Of a stretch of DNA of 64,000 bases, positions 8,371 through 18,438 are shown in pieces. The stretch covers positions 2,752,001-2,816,000 of the forward strand of contig CAWKDB010000010.1 in assembly GCA_963848295.1 (NCBI GenBank), given 5' to 3'. This DNA is from an uncultured delta proteobacterium (GTDB lineage Bacteria; Myxococcota_A; Polyangia; Haliangiales; Haliangiaceae). Below the pieces are notes generated by a model. That model was not told the DNA's origin. It saw only the letters and a program-made list of their open reading frames with translations, and did not search any database. Positions within the stretch are counted from its first letter, which is position 1. Each line of letters begins with the position of its first letter. Both the position numbers and the translations under genes were made by a program.

Positions 8371-9611
8371 AGGGCCCGCGTTTGAACAAGTCGATCGAAG
8401 TCGGTCGATTTGGGATCGACAGGATCGCGCCGACGTGATCTACGTTCGTGGTGGACGCCGAGCAGCTGGTCCGGCGGAAATGGCGCCTGCTCACGGCGAC
8501 GATGGATGAGCGCGCACGTCGCCTGTGGGCTGGTGCTGAGGCCGACGCGATGGGATGGGGCGGGATTGCCGGCGTAGCTCGTGCGACCGGGCTGGCGATC
8601 AGCACGGTGACTCTCGGTCGTGCAGAAGTGCGTGCGGGCGCGCGCACGGACGATGTGGTGAAGGTTCGACGAAAGGGCGGTGGACGCCGACGCCACGAAG
8701 CCGTGCATCCAGAACTTGCTCCGGCGCTCGAAAAGCTTGTCGCCCCGGCGACGCGCGGCGACCCGGAATCGGCGCTGCGCTGGACGAACAAGAGCACGCA
8801 CGCGCTGTCCGCTGAGATGTTCTCCGAGTACGGGATCCGCGTCGGGGACAAGACTGTGGCTCGGTTGCTGCGCAAGAGCGGCTACAGTCTTCAGGCGCCG
8901 AGCAAGACCGTGGAAGGCAAGCAGCATCCGGATCGGAACGCGCAGTTCGAGCACATCAACGCGCAGGCAATGGACTGCCTCAAGCGCGGCATTCCGTTCA
9001 TCTCTGTCGACACCAAGAAGAAGGAACTGGTCGGCAACTTCAAGAACGGCGGCCGCGAATGGCAGCCTCAGGATGAGCCAGAGCTCGTCGACGTTCATGA
9101 TTTCCCGAGCGACGCGATCGGCAAAGCGATTCCGTACGGCGTCTACGACGTTGCCGCCAACAACGCGTTCGTCAGCGTCGGTACGGACCACGACACGCCG
9201 ATGTTCGCGGTCACCTCGATCGAAGCTTGGTGGAAGCGGATGGGTGCCGAGCGCTACCCGGAGGCGACGAAGCTCTTTATCACCGCCGATGCTGGCGGCA
9301 GCAACGCGTATCGATCACGCGTGTGGAAAGCGGAGCTTCAACGGCTCGCCGACAAGATCGGGATCACGATCCACGTCAGCCACTTTCCGCCGGGCACCAG
9401 CAAGTGGAACAAGATCGAGCACCGGCTGTTCTCGTTTATCTCGATCAACTGGCGCGGGCGGCCGCTACGCACGTACGAAACGGTCGTGAATCTCATCGGC
9501 GGTACGACGACCCGTGGAGGTCTTGTCGTGCGAGCAAGACTCGATCGACGTAGCTATCCGATCGGTCGCAAGGTCTCGGTCAAGGAGATGCGCGCTTTTG
9601 GTGGGCTGTGA
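8371..9611 (+). mobile_element. ISAzo13-family insertion sequence, 3'-truncated
   Basis: Transposase CDS; putative left end AGGGCCCGCGTTTGAACAAG; no matching right inverted repeat before wzc. Confidence 0.75.
8448..9611 (+). CDS. ISAzo13-family DDE transposase (C-terminus apparently truncated)
   Basis: TRGDPESALRWT.KS, ISVDTKKKELVG, ITADAGGSN, PPGTSKWNKIEHRLFS; lacks the family's usual terminal H-G-x-W-N-Y motif. Confidence 0.92.
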   Translation: MVDAEQLVRRKWRLLTATMDERARRLWAGAEADAMGWGGIAGVARATGLAISTVTLGRAEVRAGARTDDVVKVRRKGGGRRRHEAVHPELAPALEKLVAPATRGDPESALRWTNKSTHALSAEMFSEYGIRVGDKTVARLLRKSGYSLQAPSKTVEGKQHPDRNAQFEHINAQAMDCLKRGIPFISVDTKKKELVGNFKNGGREWQPQDEPELVDVHDFPSDAIGKAIPYGVYDVAANNAFVSVGTDHDTPMFAVTSIEAWWKRMGAERYPEATKLFITADAGGSNAYRSRVWKAELQRLADKIGITIHVSHFPPGTSKWNKIEHRLFSFISINWRGRPLRTYETVVNLIGGTTTRGGLVVRARLDRRSYPIGRKVSVKEMRAFGGL

Positions 9612-9634
9612 GAGAGTGGCGATTCGCTACCGTG

Positions 9635-11797
9635 TCATGCAGCGGGCTGGCGCTGGTTGACGCCGTCTTCGCCGGGGCCGTAGCCACCGTAGTAGTAGTA
9701 GTACGCGCCGCGCTCCGCACTGTTGAACTCGTTCACGATGACGCCGAAGATCGAGCCGCCGACGTCGCGGATCTGTTCACAGGCGATCTTGAGCTCGTCG
9801 CGCATCGTCTTGCTCGCGCGCACGACGAGGATAATCCCATCGGCGCGGCGCGAAAGCACCACGGCGTCCGTCACTGCTTGGATCGGCGGCGAATCGAGGA
9901 TGATGCGATCGAATTGCGTAGATAGCTCGCGCAGGACGGTATCGAACCGATTCGTCATCAGGAGCTCGGCTGGATTCGGCGGCAGCGGGCCGCACGGCAG
10001 CACGAACAGGTTCGGGACTTCCGTCGGACGAATGACCTCGTCGTAATTGCCGTCGCCGAGGATGAGGTTCGACAGCCCCGGCTGGCGCGACACGCCCGTC
10101 GACGAGTGCAGACGTGGCCGGCGCATGTCGGTATCCATCAGCAGAACGCGCTGGCCGCTCTGCGCCATGGTGGTGCCCAAGTAGATCACGCTCGTGGTCT
10201 TACCCTCTCGCGGATTCGCGCTCGACACGACCAGCGTCTTGCACGAGCGGTCGGTGGCACTGAACAAGATATTCGTTCGCAGCGAGCGACAGCACTCAGC
10301 AACCCGCGAGGCCGGATGCTCGTGAACGTACATATCGCGCGAGCGATCGTTTGCGTTCTCGAGGTCGCTCTCGTCGATCATCGGAATCACGCCGAGGATG
10401 GGCGCGCCCGACGCCTGTGTCGCATCTGCCGTGCTCTTGATCGTGCGATCGAAGAACACCAACAGGAATACGACGCCGACTGCGAGCATGAACGCGAGTA
10501 CCCCGGAGATCAGCACGTTCAGGGGCATACTCGGCCACGCAGGCTTGTACGGAATCATTGCTGGATCGAGCGGACGCACGTTTGACAAGATGCCGCTCAT
10601 GCCGTTTGTCATCAGCGTGGTCGATAGCCGCGTGCGCAGGATATTGTAGGAGTCTTCGAGATCCTTCTTTTGGCGAACCAGGTCGTTGTAGACGACGATC
10701 TTCGGGCTCAGCGCCTTCGCTTCGGCCTTGTATTTGTCGAGCTCGCCGGTAAGCCCGCGCGTATCGGTGAGCGCGGCGTCGTGCAGATCCTTGGTGCCTT
10801 CGATCAGGATCGAGACCTCGCCCTTGAGCGCGTTGTATAGCTCCTCGACCTTCTGTTTCTGCGCGAGGTAATCGCTGTTGCGCGGGCCAAGATCCTTCTC
10901 GAGCTCGACGAGATGGTTCTTCTCGGTGAAGTACTGAGTACGGAGCGTCTGATAAGATGGGTTGTCGCCCATCATGATGATCGGCGTCGTCAGGACGTCC
11001 TTGTCAGACTCCTTCGTCATCTCGCCGAGCTTCGAGCTCACCTCGATCTCGTGCGCACGTTCGTCGTTGATCTTCTGGCTGAATGACAAAATATTCTGCG
11101 CGACGAGGTTTTGACGCTCTTCGAGCGTCACCGCGATCATGTCGTTGTCCGCTTGGAACTGGTAGACCTTCTGCTCTGCCGCGCGGAGCTTGGATTCCGC
11201 ATCGTTGAACTCCGCCTGCAGCGCATTCGATGCGGTGTTCGTGTCGAGCGTCAGCAGACCCTTGGCATAGCTGTAGTAGGTGTCGGCATGCGCGTTCGCT
11301 AGCGTCTGCGCTAGCTGCGGGTTGGGATCGCGGACAGAGACATAGAAGATACGGTCGTCGTCCGGATACTTGACCGTGATCGCCTTGCGAAGCTTCTCGG
11401 TCGCGTAGTCGACCTGCTCGTCGTGCGACATGGCCTTGCGCTGGTGCTCGTCGAGCAGCTTGGTGACGAGATCGTTCTGCAGCACCGTCTGCTTGGCAAG
11501 CGTGTAGCTCGATAGGACCTTCTTCTGCTGGCGGTAATACTCGGCGCTGTTCGCCCCGGCAGCTGCGACGTTGAAGATGTCGCCGGTCCCGAGCAGGTCA
11601 GGCAGTCGCGGTTCGATCTGGATCGACGCTTGTGCCTCGTACAGCGGCGTGAGCCGCAACGTGTATAGGACCGCGCCGCCGATCGCCAGCGCGACGATCG
11701 CGGCGACCAGCCAGAAGTAGCGGCGAAGTCCGGCGAGGTACCGCGCGTAGTCGAAGGTTTCGGCCCCCTCGCTCGATGTGTCGAAATCTGATTCCAC
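9635..11797 (-). CDS. wzc: Polysaccharide co-polymerase/BY-kinase (Wzc family)
   Basis: Two TM segments around a periplasmic coiled coil, Walker A SSANPREGKTT, DTDMRRP, DSPP, Tyr cluster YYYYYGGY. Confidence 0.95.
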   Translation of the reverse strand: MESDFDTSSEGAETFDYARYLAGLRRYFWLVAAIVALAIGGAVLYTLRLTPLYEAQASIQIEPRLPDLLGTGDIFNVAAAGANSAEYYRQQKKVLSSYTLAKQTVLQNDLVTKLLDEHQRKAMSHDEQVDYATEKLRKAITVKYPDDDRIFYVSVRDPNPQLAQTLANAHADTYYSYAKGLLTLDTNTASNALQAEFNDAESKLRAAEQKVYQFQADNDMIAVTLEERQNLVAQNILSFSQKINDERAHEIEVSSKLGEMTKESDKDVLTTPIIMMGDNPSYQTLRTQYFTEKNHLVELEKDLGPRNSDYLAQKQKVEELYNALKGEVSILIEGTKDLHDAALTDTRGLTGELDKYKAEAKALSPKIVVYNDLVRQKKDLEDSYNILRTRLSTTLMTNGMSGILSNVRPLDPAMIPYKPAWPSMPLNVLISGVLAFMLAVGVVFLLVFFDRTIKSTADATQASGAPILGVIPMIDESDLENANDRSRDMYVHEHPASRVAECCRSLRTNILFSATDRSCKTLVVSSANPREGKTTSVIYLGTTMAQSGQRVLLMDTDMRRPRLHSSTGVSRQPGLSNLILGDGNYDEVIRPTEVPNLFVLPCGPLPPNPAELLMTNRFDTVLRELSTQFDRIILDSPPIQAVTDAVVLSRRADGIILVVRASKTMRDELKIACEQIRDVGGSIFGVIVNEFNSAERGAYYYYYGGYGPGEDGVNQRQPAA

Positions 11798-11854
11798 GGC
11801 AGACCTTCTCGCTTAGACGCGGCTTTATAGCTCGACGTTCACGCGAGCAGACAA

Positions 11855-13219
11855 CTACAAAGCGCCGCGAACTCCAAGCATTAACTCCTGCCGGACGTAG
11901 CTCGGGTCGGGTTGGGCAACGCCGTTGACCGAGTACATGAAGTCGGTCTGGTCGGACGCGAGGCTGTATTCTAGCGTGGCGGCGAGCCAATCGCGGAAGT
12001 TATAGCGGACGCCGGCGAGGACATCGAGGATGGTGTCGTTGCGGGTCGGAGTGCTCGCCGTAACCATCGGCAGCAGGCCGTCGTACTCGCGGAACCGAAC
12101 CTCCGGGCGGACGAACACCCAAACCGGCATGATCTGATGTTCGACCGTGAGCTGGATGATGTGATCGCGATAGTAGTTTGCGTTAATCGAGTCCTGGTGC
12201 TCGTAGCTGTACATGAGCAACGCGCGACCACGTGGGCTGTAGCGATAACCGAGCTCTAAGCCACCAACAGCTGCCGAGTAACTGGGACCGCTTGCGTAGA
12301 ACCCGTTCGTGTAGCCGGCGCGCGCGTTGAGCGTGACGTTAATCGCGAGCGACGTCATGATGCCGGCAAGTGCGGTGAACGGATAAGAAGACACCTTCTC
12401 GGAGCTGGCGCCGACACCGTTGAACACACCGGCCGAAACGTCGACGTAGGCGCGCGTCAAGGGCAGTAGCTGCCAGTTCACACGTAGCCCGAACGTGTTG
12501 TCGAACCGATCGGCGAACTGCTGGGAGTCTGACTCGAACAGATCGAGAGTGTCGCTGTAGTAGACGTAGCCTCCCAACGACCGGCCCGTAGGCTGGTAGT
12601 TGAAGCGGAGCGTCAGCATGTTGATATCGCGATCGGTATTGAGGTTCGACTCGAAGTTGGTCGGACGTAGCAAACGCTCGTAATGGTCGAGCACGCTGAC
12701 GAAGAACGGATGCTCTGCGTTGATCAAGCCGCGTAGAACGAGCCCGCCCTCGACCCCACTCTGATCGCGCACGTCGGCGTTATCGGAGAGGTATTGATTG
12801 TAGGCGGCGTACAGGTCGGCATGGCCTTGGAAGACACCGTGCTCCTTGCCCTCTTGGTTCGCGATCGGAGCGCCCTCGGTCTCGTTCGAAAACCGAGTCT
12901 GCGAGAGCGAGCCGACACCGACCTCCCCGAGCACGCGCAATACACCGGACGCGATCGCGTCCTGATCGGTGTAGAACATGTTCGAAACGAAGCCGGTCTC
13001 GAGGCCGAGAACCGGATAGAGTGACGTGGTCTCGCCAAGTTGGACGCCGTTGCCCTGAACGATCGACATCGGCGAAACCGCCATCGCGGCCGGATCTCCG
13101 TTCGAGATCGCACCCATCGTCGCGGCGTCTTGAGACGACCCGTCGTCGTTGCTCCCACCGTCCGCGCGCGCCACTCCCCCGGCCGCGATTAGGATCCCGA
13201 AAATAGCCCACTGACGCAT
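11855..13219 (-). CDS. Outer-membrane beta-barrel, putative polysaccharide secretion porin (Wzp/EpsX-like)
   Basis: Signal peptide, alternating amphipathic aromatic-rich strands, C-terminal strand ELMLGVRGAL; directly upstream of wzc. Confidence 0.75.
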   Translation of the reverse strand: MRQWAIFGILIAAGGVARADGGSNDDGSSQDAATMGAISNGDPAAMAVSPMSIVQGNGVQLGETTSLYPVLGLETGFVSNMFYTDQDAIASGVLRVLGEVGVGSLSQTRFSNETEGAPIANQEGKEHGVFQGHADLYAAYNQYLSDNADVRDQSGVEGGLVLRGLINAEHPFFVSVLDHYERLLRPTNFESNLNTDRDINMLTLRFNYQPTGRSLGGYVYYSDTLDLFESDSQQFADRFDNTFGLRVNWQLLPLTRAYVDVSAGVFNGVGASSEKVSSYPFTALAGIMTSLAINVTLNARAGYTNGFYASGPSYSAAVGGLELGYRYSPRGRALLMYSYEHQDSINANYYRDHIIQLTVEHQIMPVWVFVRPEVRFREYDGLLPMVTASTPTRNDTILDVLAGVRYNFRDWLAATLEYSLASDQTDFMYSVNGVAQPDPSYVRQELMLGVRGAL

Positions 13220-13375
13220 GAGTTAGGTCGCCTTCGCAGGTGCCGGAGCGCTACGTTCTCTCATTTCACACGGCGACGTCAACCAATGAGCCGGGTAAGA
13301 TGCGCGGCGTCATGCGACCGTTCACGGTCTTGCGCGTGAACATCATCCTAAGCGATTACGTCTAGTTGTAGATCT

Positions 13376-14185
13376 ATGAAGCGCGATATTCTACGCGAGA
13401 ACATTGACTGCTATGTCGGGAGCGGAGCAGTTCGCGACTGGAGCGCGGACGCGGGGCTCTACACGTTCGAGCGCGCAATCATCGAGCGCCACTTTCCACA
13501 ACCGCCGGCGCGCGTGATCGATCTCGGCTGTGGCGCGGGCCGGACGACCATCGGACTAGAGGCGATCGGGTACGACGTGGATGCCCTCGACCTGGCAGAC
13601 GACCTGGTGGGCGAGGCACGCAGGCGCGTCAAGCGAGGCCGAGTGCACGCAATGGATGCGCGCGCGCTCACTTTCGCCGATGGTTCGTTCCAGGCGGCGT
13701 TGTTCTCGTTCAATGGCCTCGACTGCGTCTACCCGTCGAACGAACGCGACCGAGTGCTCACGGAAGTCCATCGCGTCCTCGCGCCGGGCGGTGTGTTTTA
13801 CTACTCGGGCCACAACGGGCTCGCCGCGTGGCTGCCGCGACCCGGCGATTCGTTAGCGAAGGTGATGCGTCGCAATCTACGGCTGCTGAGCGCGCAGACG
13901 CATCCGTTTTCCGAGCGAACGCGTTATCTCGCCTATCCTGAGTTGCACGGCACTCAAGTGCTCTATTCCGCTTCCCCGCGTGTTCATATTCGCGCGCTCA
14001 CGGCCGCCGGGTTCGATTCGGTCGCGGTGTACGGCGTCGCCGGCTCGAGCTATCGCCGCGGTTCCGAGGAGCTAATGCCCATCACCGTCGCTGATGGAAT
14101 TGCCGGAGCGATCCGCGGGCTGGCGATGACGTTTCCTCACGTGCATTACGTCGCGAGAAAGCCGAGCCCGCCGCGTGCCGCGTGA
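13376..14185 (+). CDS. Class I SAM-dependent methyltransferase
   Basis: VIDLGCGAGR, DARALTFADGSF, HRVLAPGG. Confidence 0.92.
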   Translation: MKRDILRENIDCYVGSGAVRDWSADAGLYTFERAIIERHFPQPPARVIDLGCGAGRTTIGLEAIGYDVDALDLADDLVGEARRRVKRGRVHAMDARALTFADGSFQAALFSFNGLDCVYPSNERDRVLTEVHRVLAPGGVFYYSGHNGLAAWLPRPGDSLAKVMRRNLRLLSAQTHPFSERTRYLAYPELHGTQVLYSASPRVHIRALTAAGFDSVAVYGVAGSSYRRGSEELMPITVADGIAGAIRGLAMTFPHVHYVARKPSPPRAA

Positions 14186-15281
14186 CCGCGACGTCCGGTT
14201 TGAAGTACTGACGACGGACCGGGAACTCGAACAGATCAGACCATCGTGGGTCGAGTGGTACGCGCGGGGCGACGTCTCGCCGTTCACCTCACCGGCGTTC
14301 TTCGACGCTTGGCATCGCGCATTCTCCGGCGAGAAAGCTCGCTTCGTGATCGCAGCGCGCGTCGATAGAGAGCTCGCCTGGCTGCTGCCGATGTGGCACC
14401 ACACGGGACGGCGCGACGATTGGTTCGCGATGGGCTCGTTTCGCTCGGATTACACCGAGGCGATCTCGGCTAGCGATGATCGCGGGATGCACGATGCGTT
14501 TTGGCGGTGGCTCGAACGCGACGCCCCATGTCGGTCAGCGAAGCTCGATCGCATCCCGACCGATACCGACTTCGGGCGCTCGGTCCCGGCCACCGCATTC
14601 GATCGCCGTCGACGCCTAGTGCGCGCTGCGCTCAACACCCTGGTGACCAGACGAGTGCGCTACGTGTCCGCCGAGGTGCAGCGCCAGCATCCGTACGCCG
14701 ACCCTGCGGCGATCTCCGAGGGCGCCGACCGACTCGACGCGAAGTGGATGCGGCGCAACATCAAGATGCTCCAGAAAACCGGCGCAGTGACGTACTCTAT
14801 CGTCGTCGATCAAACCGCGATCGCGGCGCTCCTCCCCGCGTTCTTCGCGATGCACGTCGCGTACTTCGCCGACACCGGGCGGCGGTCGCAGTTCGAATCC
14901 GAGCCCGACCGCTCGTTCTTCACGTCGCTCGCGACTCACCCCGACCTCGCCGGCACCGTTTACTTCGACGTCCTTGCGACAGGCGACAGACCGTGCGCAC
15001 TTCACTTAGGATTCCACCACCGTGATCGGATCTACTATTATAAGCCCGCGTTCGATCACACACTCGGCAAGACGAGCCCCGGCAAGATCATGCTCGCATA
15101 CTTATTCGAGCGCGCTCGGCAACAACGTGCGGAGCGGGTGGATCTGTTGAAAGGCACCGAGGCTTATAAGGCCGATTGGGCCAATCACTCGCGAGAGACC
15201 GTCACGGCGACGCTAGTGACTCGGCGGCTAGATGAGCTCGCTCGGCGAGCGGTCGGGCGACACAGGAACCTGCGACCGTGA
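14175..15281 (+). CDS. CelD/BcsL-like GNAT acetyltransferase
   Basis: PFTSPAFFDAW, SDY, YYYKPAFD...SPG, DLLKGTEAYK. Confidence 0.85.
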   Translation: MPRDRDVRFEVLTTDRELEQIRPSWVEWYARGDVSPFTSPAFFDAWHRAFSGEKARFVIAARVDRELAWLLPMWHHTGRRDDWFAMGSFRSDYTEAISASDDRGMHDAFWRWLERDAPCRSAKLDRIPTDTDFGRSVPATAFDRRRRLVRAALNTLVTRRVRYVSAEVQRQHPYADPAAISEGADRLDAKWMRRNIKMLQKTGAVTYSIVVDQTAIAALLPAFFAMHVAYFADTGRRSQFESEPDRSFFTSLATHPDLAGTVYFDVLATGDRPCALHLGFHHRDRIYYYKPAFDHTLGKTSPGKIMLAYLFERARQQRAERVDLLKGTEAYKADWANHSRETVTATLVTRRLDELARRAVGRHRNLRP

Positions 15282-16225
15282 ACGCGGCCAAGGCCGCTCT
15301 AGAGCTCGCCCGCGGCATCCGCCGCCGTCGGGGATTCGAACGTGGCGTGCGGATCCTGACGTACCACGGGGTGGTCGATCGCGTCGTCGACCGACGGGTC
15401 GAGGATAGCTTCCACACGGTCGCGGACTTCCGGGCCCACGTCGCGCTGCTGCGGCGGTGCGCCGTCGTGCGGTTGGAGGAACTCGAGCCTGCCTTGACCG
15501 TGCCGAGGCGGTGGCCAGCGGTCGCGATCACGTTCGATGATGGGTTTCGGAACAACCTGATCGCGGCCGAGCTACTCGCGGCCGCCAAGCTCCCGGCGAC
15601 CGTGTTTCTGGCGACCGACAATGTGCGGAGTGGTCAGCCGATCTGGCCGACGGTGCTCCGTCTTATTCTCGCTCGCGGTTCGGCTAGGACCCTCGTGCTC
15701 GCCGGGGAGTCGTTCGATCTCGACCAAGATCCAGCAGCATTCGATCGCGCGCGCACCCTGTTCAAGCGCGCGACGACAGAGGAGCGCGCCCCTCTGTGGA
15801 GCTCGCTGCTGGCGCATCTCGGTACGGATGAGCTACCCGAATTGGTCGCAGGCTTTCCCTCGATCGCAATGCTCGCGCCCAAGGAAGTAGCGCAGCTCCT
15901 GGCAGCAGGGATCGATCTCGGTAGCCACGGCGCGTTGCACGAATTGCACCACGAGCGTCAGCCGCCAGCGTTACGCCGCCACGAGCTCGTCGCATCGAAG
16001 CACCACGTCGAACAGCTCGCGCAACGCGAATGTGCGCTATTCGCATTTCCGAACGGTGCTACGTGCTCCGACTCTGCTGACGAGGCCCGAGCGGCCGGGT
16101 ATCGATATGCCTTTACGATGGTCTCGCATGCGGCGAGTTACCTCGACGACCGCATGTTGCTCCCTCGTTTGATGCCCGGCGGCTCGGCCGAGAAGCTCTC
16201 GGCCAAGCTGGTGTTCGGCAACTGA
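15278..16225 (+). CDS. Polysaccharide deacetylase (CE4/NodB)
   Basis: ILTYHGV, ITFDDGF, LGSHGALH, FAFPNG. Confidence 0.92.
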   Translation: MNAAKAALELARGIRRRRGFERGVRILTYHGVVDRVVDRRVEDSFHTVADFRAHVALLRRCAVVRLEELEPALTVPRRWPAVAITFDDGFRNNLIAAELLAAAKLPATVFLATDNVRSGQPIWPTVLRLILARGSARTLVLAGESFDLDQDPAAFDRARTLFKRATTEERAPLWSSLLAHLGTDELPELVAGFPSIAMLAPKEVAQLLAAGIDLGSHGALHELHHERQPPALRRHELVASKHHVEQLAQRECALFAFPNGATCSDSADEARAAGYRYAFTMVSHAASYLDDRMLLPRLMPGGSAEKLSAKLVFGN

Positions 16226-16233
16226 CGGCTCGA

Positions 16234-18258
16234 CTACATCCCCGCGCAATTATGCGCGAAGTCGATCACCGTCCACGGAATCGTCGCGCTCGAGCTCGAC
16301 GGTGTGCGTTGGATGGTGACGCCCCCTGCGCTCGTTGCGAGAGAAACCGTACCTTCGCCGACGAGATCCTGAAGCGACCCATTGTACGTGGTCGTGCCGC
16401 CGGATTGACCGAGGATCGCTTGACCGCTCGCGACGGCCACGCTCGATGCCATGGCGATGTTCGCGACCCCCGGGCTCGCAGATGTTTCACCCACCGCGAA
16501 CGTCGTGACGCCGGAGTGCGTCGCGAACGGCAGCGAGATCGCTTCCCAACCGACGACGAGGTTCGAACCGCCTTGTTCGCGCTTCATGTCGACCGTGGTC
16601 GAGTTGGTGAGCGTCGCCTGGAGCATGAGCGCGGCTGCCGCGAGGCTGCCAGCATTGTCTGACGTATAGGTCGCCAGCACGAAACTGCCAGAGGGAACTG
16701 CGGAGATCGTCGCGGTCTTCTCGACATCAGCGGTTGCGAAGCTCACCGAGCCGCGCTGCACGCTCGAGCCGACCATCTGAACTACTTGCCACGAGATCTT
16801 CGAGCCACCGACGAACGTTTGGATGTTCAACGTGGAGCCGTCGACGATATTCGCTTTGACGAACTCGTTGCTGCCCCACCCGGTCCCACCGGTTTGAATT
16901 CCGTTTAACAGCACGAAGCTCTGAGTCGGGTCGATCGCGGTTCCGAGCGTCACCGTCGTGGGATCAGTGGTACCCGTGTTTGCGTCGCCGCGCTGGACGA
17001 GCACGCCGGAGCTAAACGTGACGACCGTCCAGTGCACGGTGATCGTGCCATCGCTGCCCGGATTGTCGGTGCCGAGGTTGTTCCGATGACAAGTCACTCC
17101 GGCGGGCACGGGATTACTGCCCGTGATGGCGGCGTGCAGGTCGCAGATCGTAGCCCCGAAGTCGGGCGACCCTTCGTTCTCGCGTAGCGAGGTGATGAGG
17201 AAGCTCTGCGTGAGATCGACCGTCAGCGGCGCGGTCGCGGTCTGAGAGTTCGCCGCGATCGTCAGGTCACCCGACTGCTCCCCGCTGAACACCGGCGAGG
17301 TTGGCGGGATCGTGCACGTCGATCCGCCGACGGTGAATGGCGCCGACCGCGTCAAAAGATTATACGTGTTCTTTGGATACGCGCGCGCCTCGTAGGTGCC
17401 CGCGGCGAGTCCGGTGAAGTTCATCGTGCCGCTCGTGCCGCCGCCGGTGTAGTGCCATTGGACGTACTGAGTCGTCGCCGAGCCGTAGTTCGCGATGCTG
17501 ATCCAGTCGTTCGTGTTTCCCGGGAGCCCGCTGTAAGTCACTTGGACCGTGGCACCGACCGGATAGCTCGACGCATCGGTAGTGAGCGTGGCGTTCGACA
17601 CCGAGAACTGGTGGCGCGCGAGCACCGTCGACGTGTTGTTGAGATAGGCACGGGCTTCGTAGTTACCCGCCGGCAAGCCGGTAAACGGTTGTGTCCCGTT
17701 GACGGCGCCGTTGGTGAAGAATCGCTGCAGTGTCGAGGTATCAGCCGAGCCCGCCGTCGACACAGCAACGTAATCCATCATGTTCCCCGGCATGCCGGTA
17801 TACGAAACCGTAATGGTCTGCCCAGGGATATAGGCTTGCTTGTCCGTCGTAACCGCCGGCGCGGGAACGACCGTGAACGGCGAGCTCCCGAGGAGCGTGA
17901 ATGTGTCGTTCGAGTAGATCCGCGCTTCGTAGTTGCCGACGGCCATCGCAGGGAACGTCTGCGAACCCATCACTTGGCCGTTCGTAAACGCGAATCGGAT
18001 GTAGGACGTGCTCGGCGAGCCGGCTACCGCGACCGAGACCCAGTCATACATATTGCCGGGCATGTTGCTGTAGTTGACGACGATCGGTTGCGCCGTGTTG
18101 TACGACGGTGCACTGGTCGTCACGGTCGGGGTGCCCACGGCTTGTTCGCTTGACCCCAAACCCACGTCTGACGCGTCGGAGCAGCCGACACCTAGGGCCA
18201 CCATCGCGGTCAGGGCGGTCATAGCAATGCCGATGCGACGAGCTGCTGTGTATTTCAT
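16234..18258 (-). CDS. Surface lipoprotein with three ~88-aa Ig/SKICH-like repeats and a repetitive beta-rich C-terminal region
   Basis: Lipobox LGVG-C; three units TT...Y....I.V.Y..MPGN..D[WY]...G.YEAR.Y...F.V; later units with SF[LV]L, W.VV and VQRG. Confidence 0.8.
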   Translation of the reverse strand: MKYTAARRIGIAMTALTAMVALGVGCSDASDVGLGSSEQAVGTPTVTTSAPSYNTAQPIVVNYSNMPGNMYDWVSVAVAGSPSTSYIRFAFTNGQVMGSQTFPAMAVGNYEARIYSNDTFTLLGSSPFTVVPAPAVTTDKQAYIPGQTITVSYTGMPGNMMDYVAVSTAGSADTSTLQRFFTNGAVNGTQPFTGLPAGNYEARAYLNNTSTVLARHQFSVSNATLTTDASSYPVGATVQVTYSGLPGNTNDWISIANYGSATTQYVQWHYTGGGTSGTMNFTGLAAGTYEARAYPKNTYNLLTRSAPFTVGGSTCTIPPTSPVFSGEQSGDLTIAANSQTATAPLTVDLTQSFLITSLRENEGSPDFGATICDLHAAITGSNPVPAGVTCHRNNLGTDNPGSDGTITVHWTVVTFSSGVLVQRGDANTGTTDPTTVTLGTAIDPTQSFVLLNGIQTGGTGWGSNEFVKANIVDGSTLNIQTFVGGSKISWQVVQMVGSSVQRGSVSFATADVEKTATISAVPSGSFVLATYTSDNAGSLAAAALMLQATLTNSTTVDMKREQGGSNLVVGWEAISLPFATHSGVTTFAVGETSASPGVANIAMASSVAVASGQAILGQSGGTTTYNGSLQDLVGEGTVSLATSAGGVTIQRTPSSSSATIPWTVIDFAHNCAGM

Positions 18259-18438
18259 ACGGGCCCCCTTGACATATCGGTGTCAGATTAACGAAGTCCG
18301 CAGCGTTATTCAACGCTTAAGCGTGGAGAATACCGCGCGCAGCGAACGTGCCCGGGTTGGTGTCCAAACGGCGGATGCAGGTTCATCACTACGATCGGTT
18401 TTGTTCGCAAGGGTAGCTACCGGTGCTATGGCTCGGCA

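Noticed and set aside
8334..9191. 285-aa ORF antisense to the transposase
   Set aside because: Codon-symmetry shadow with no independent motif evidence.
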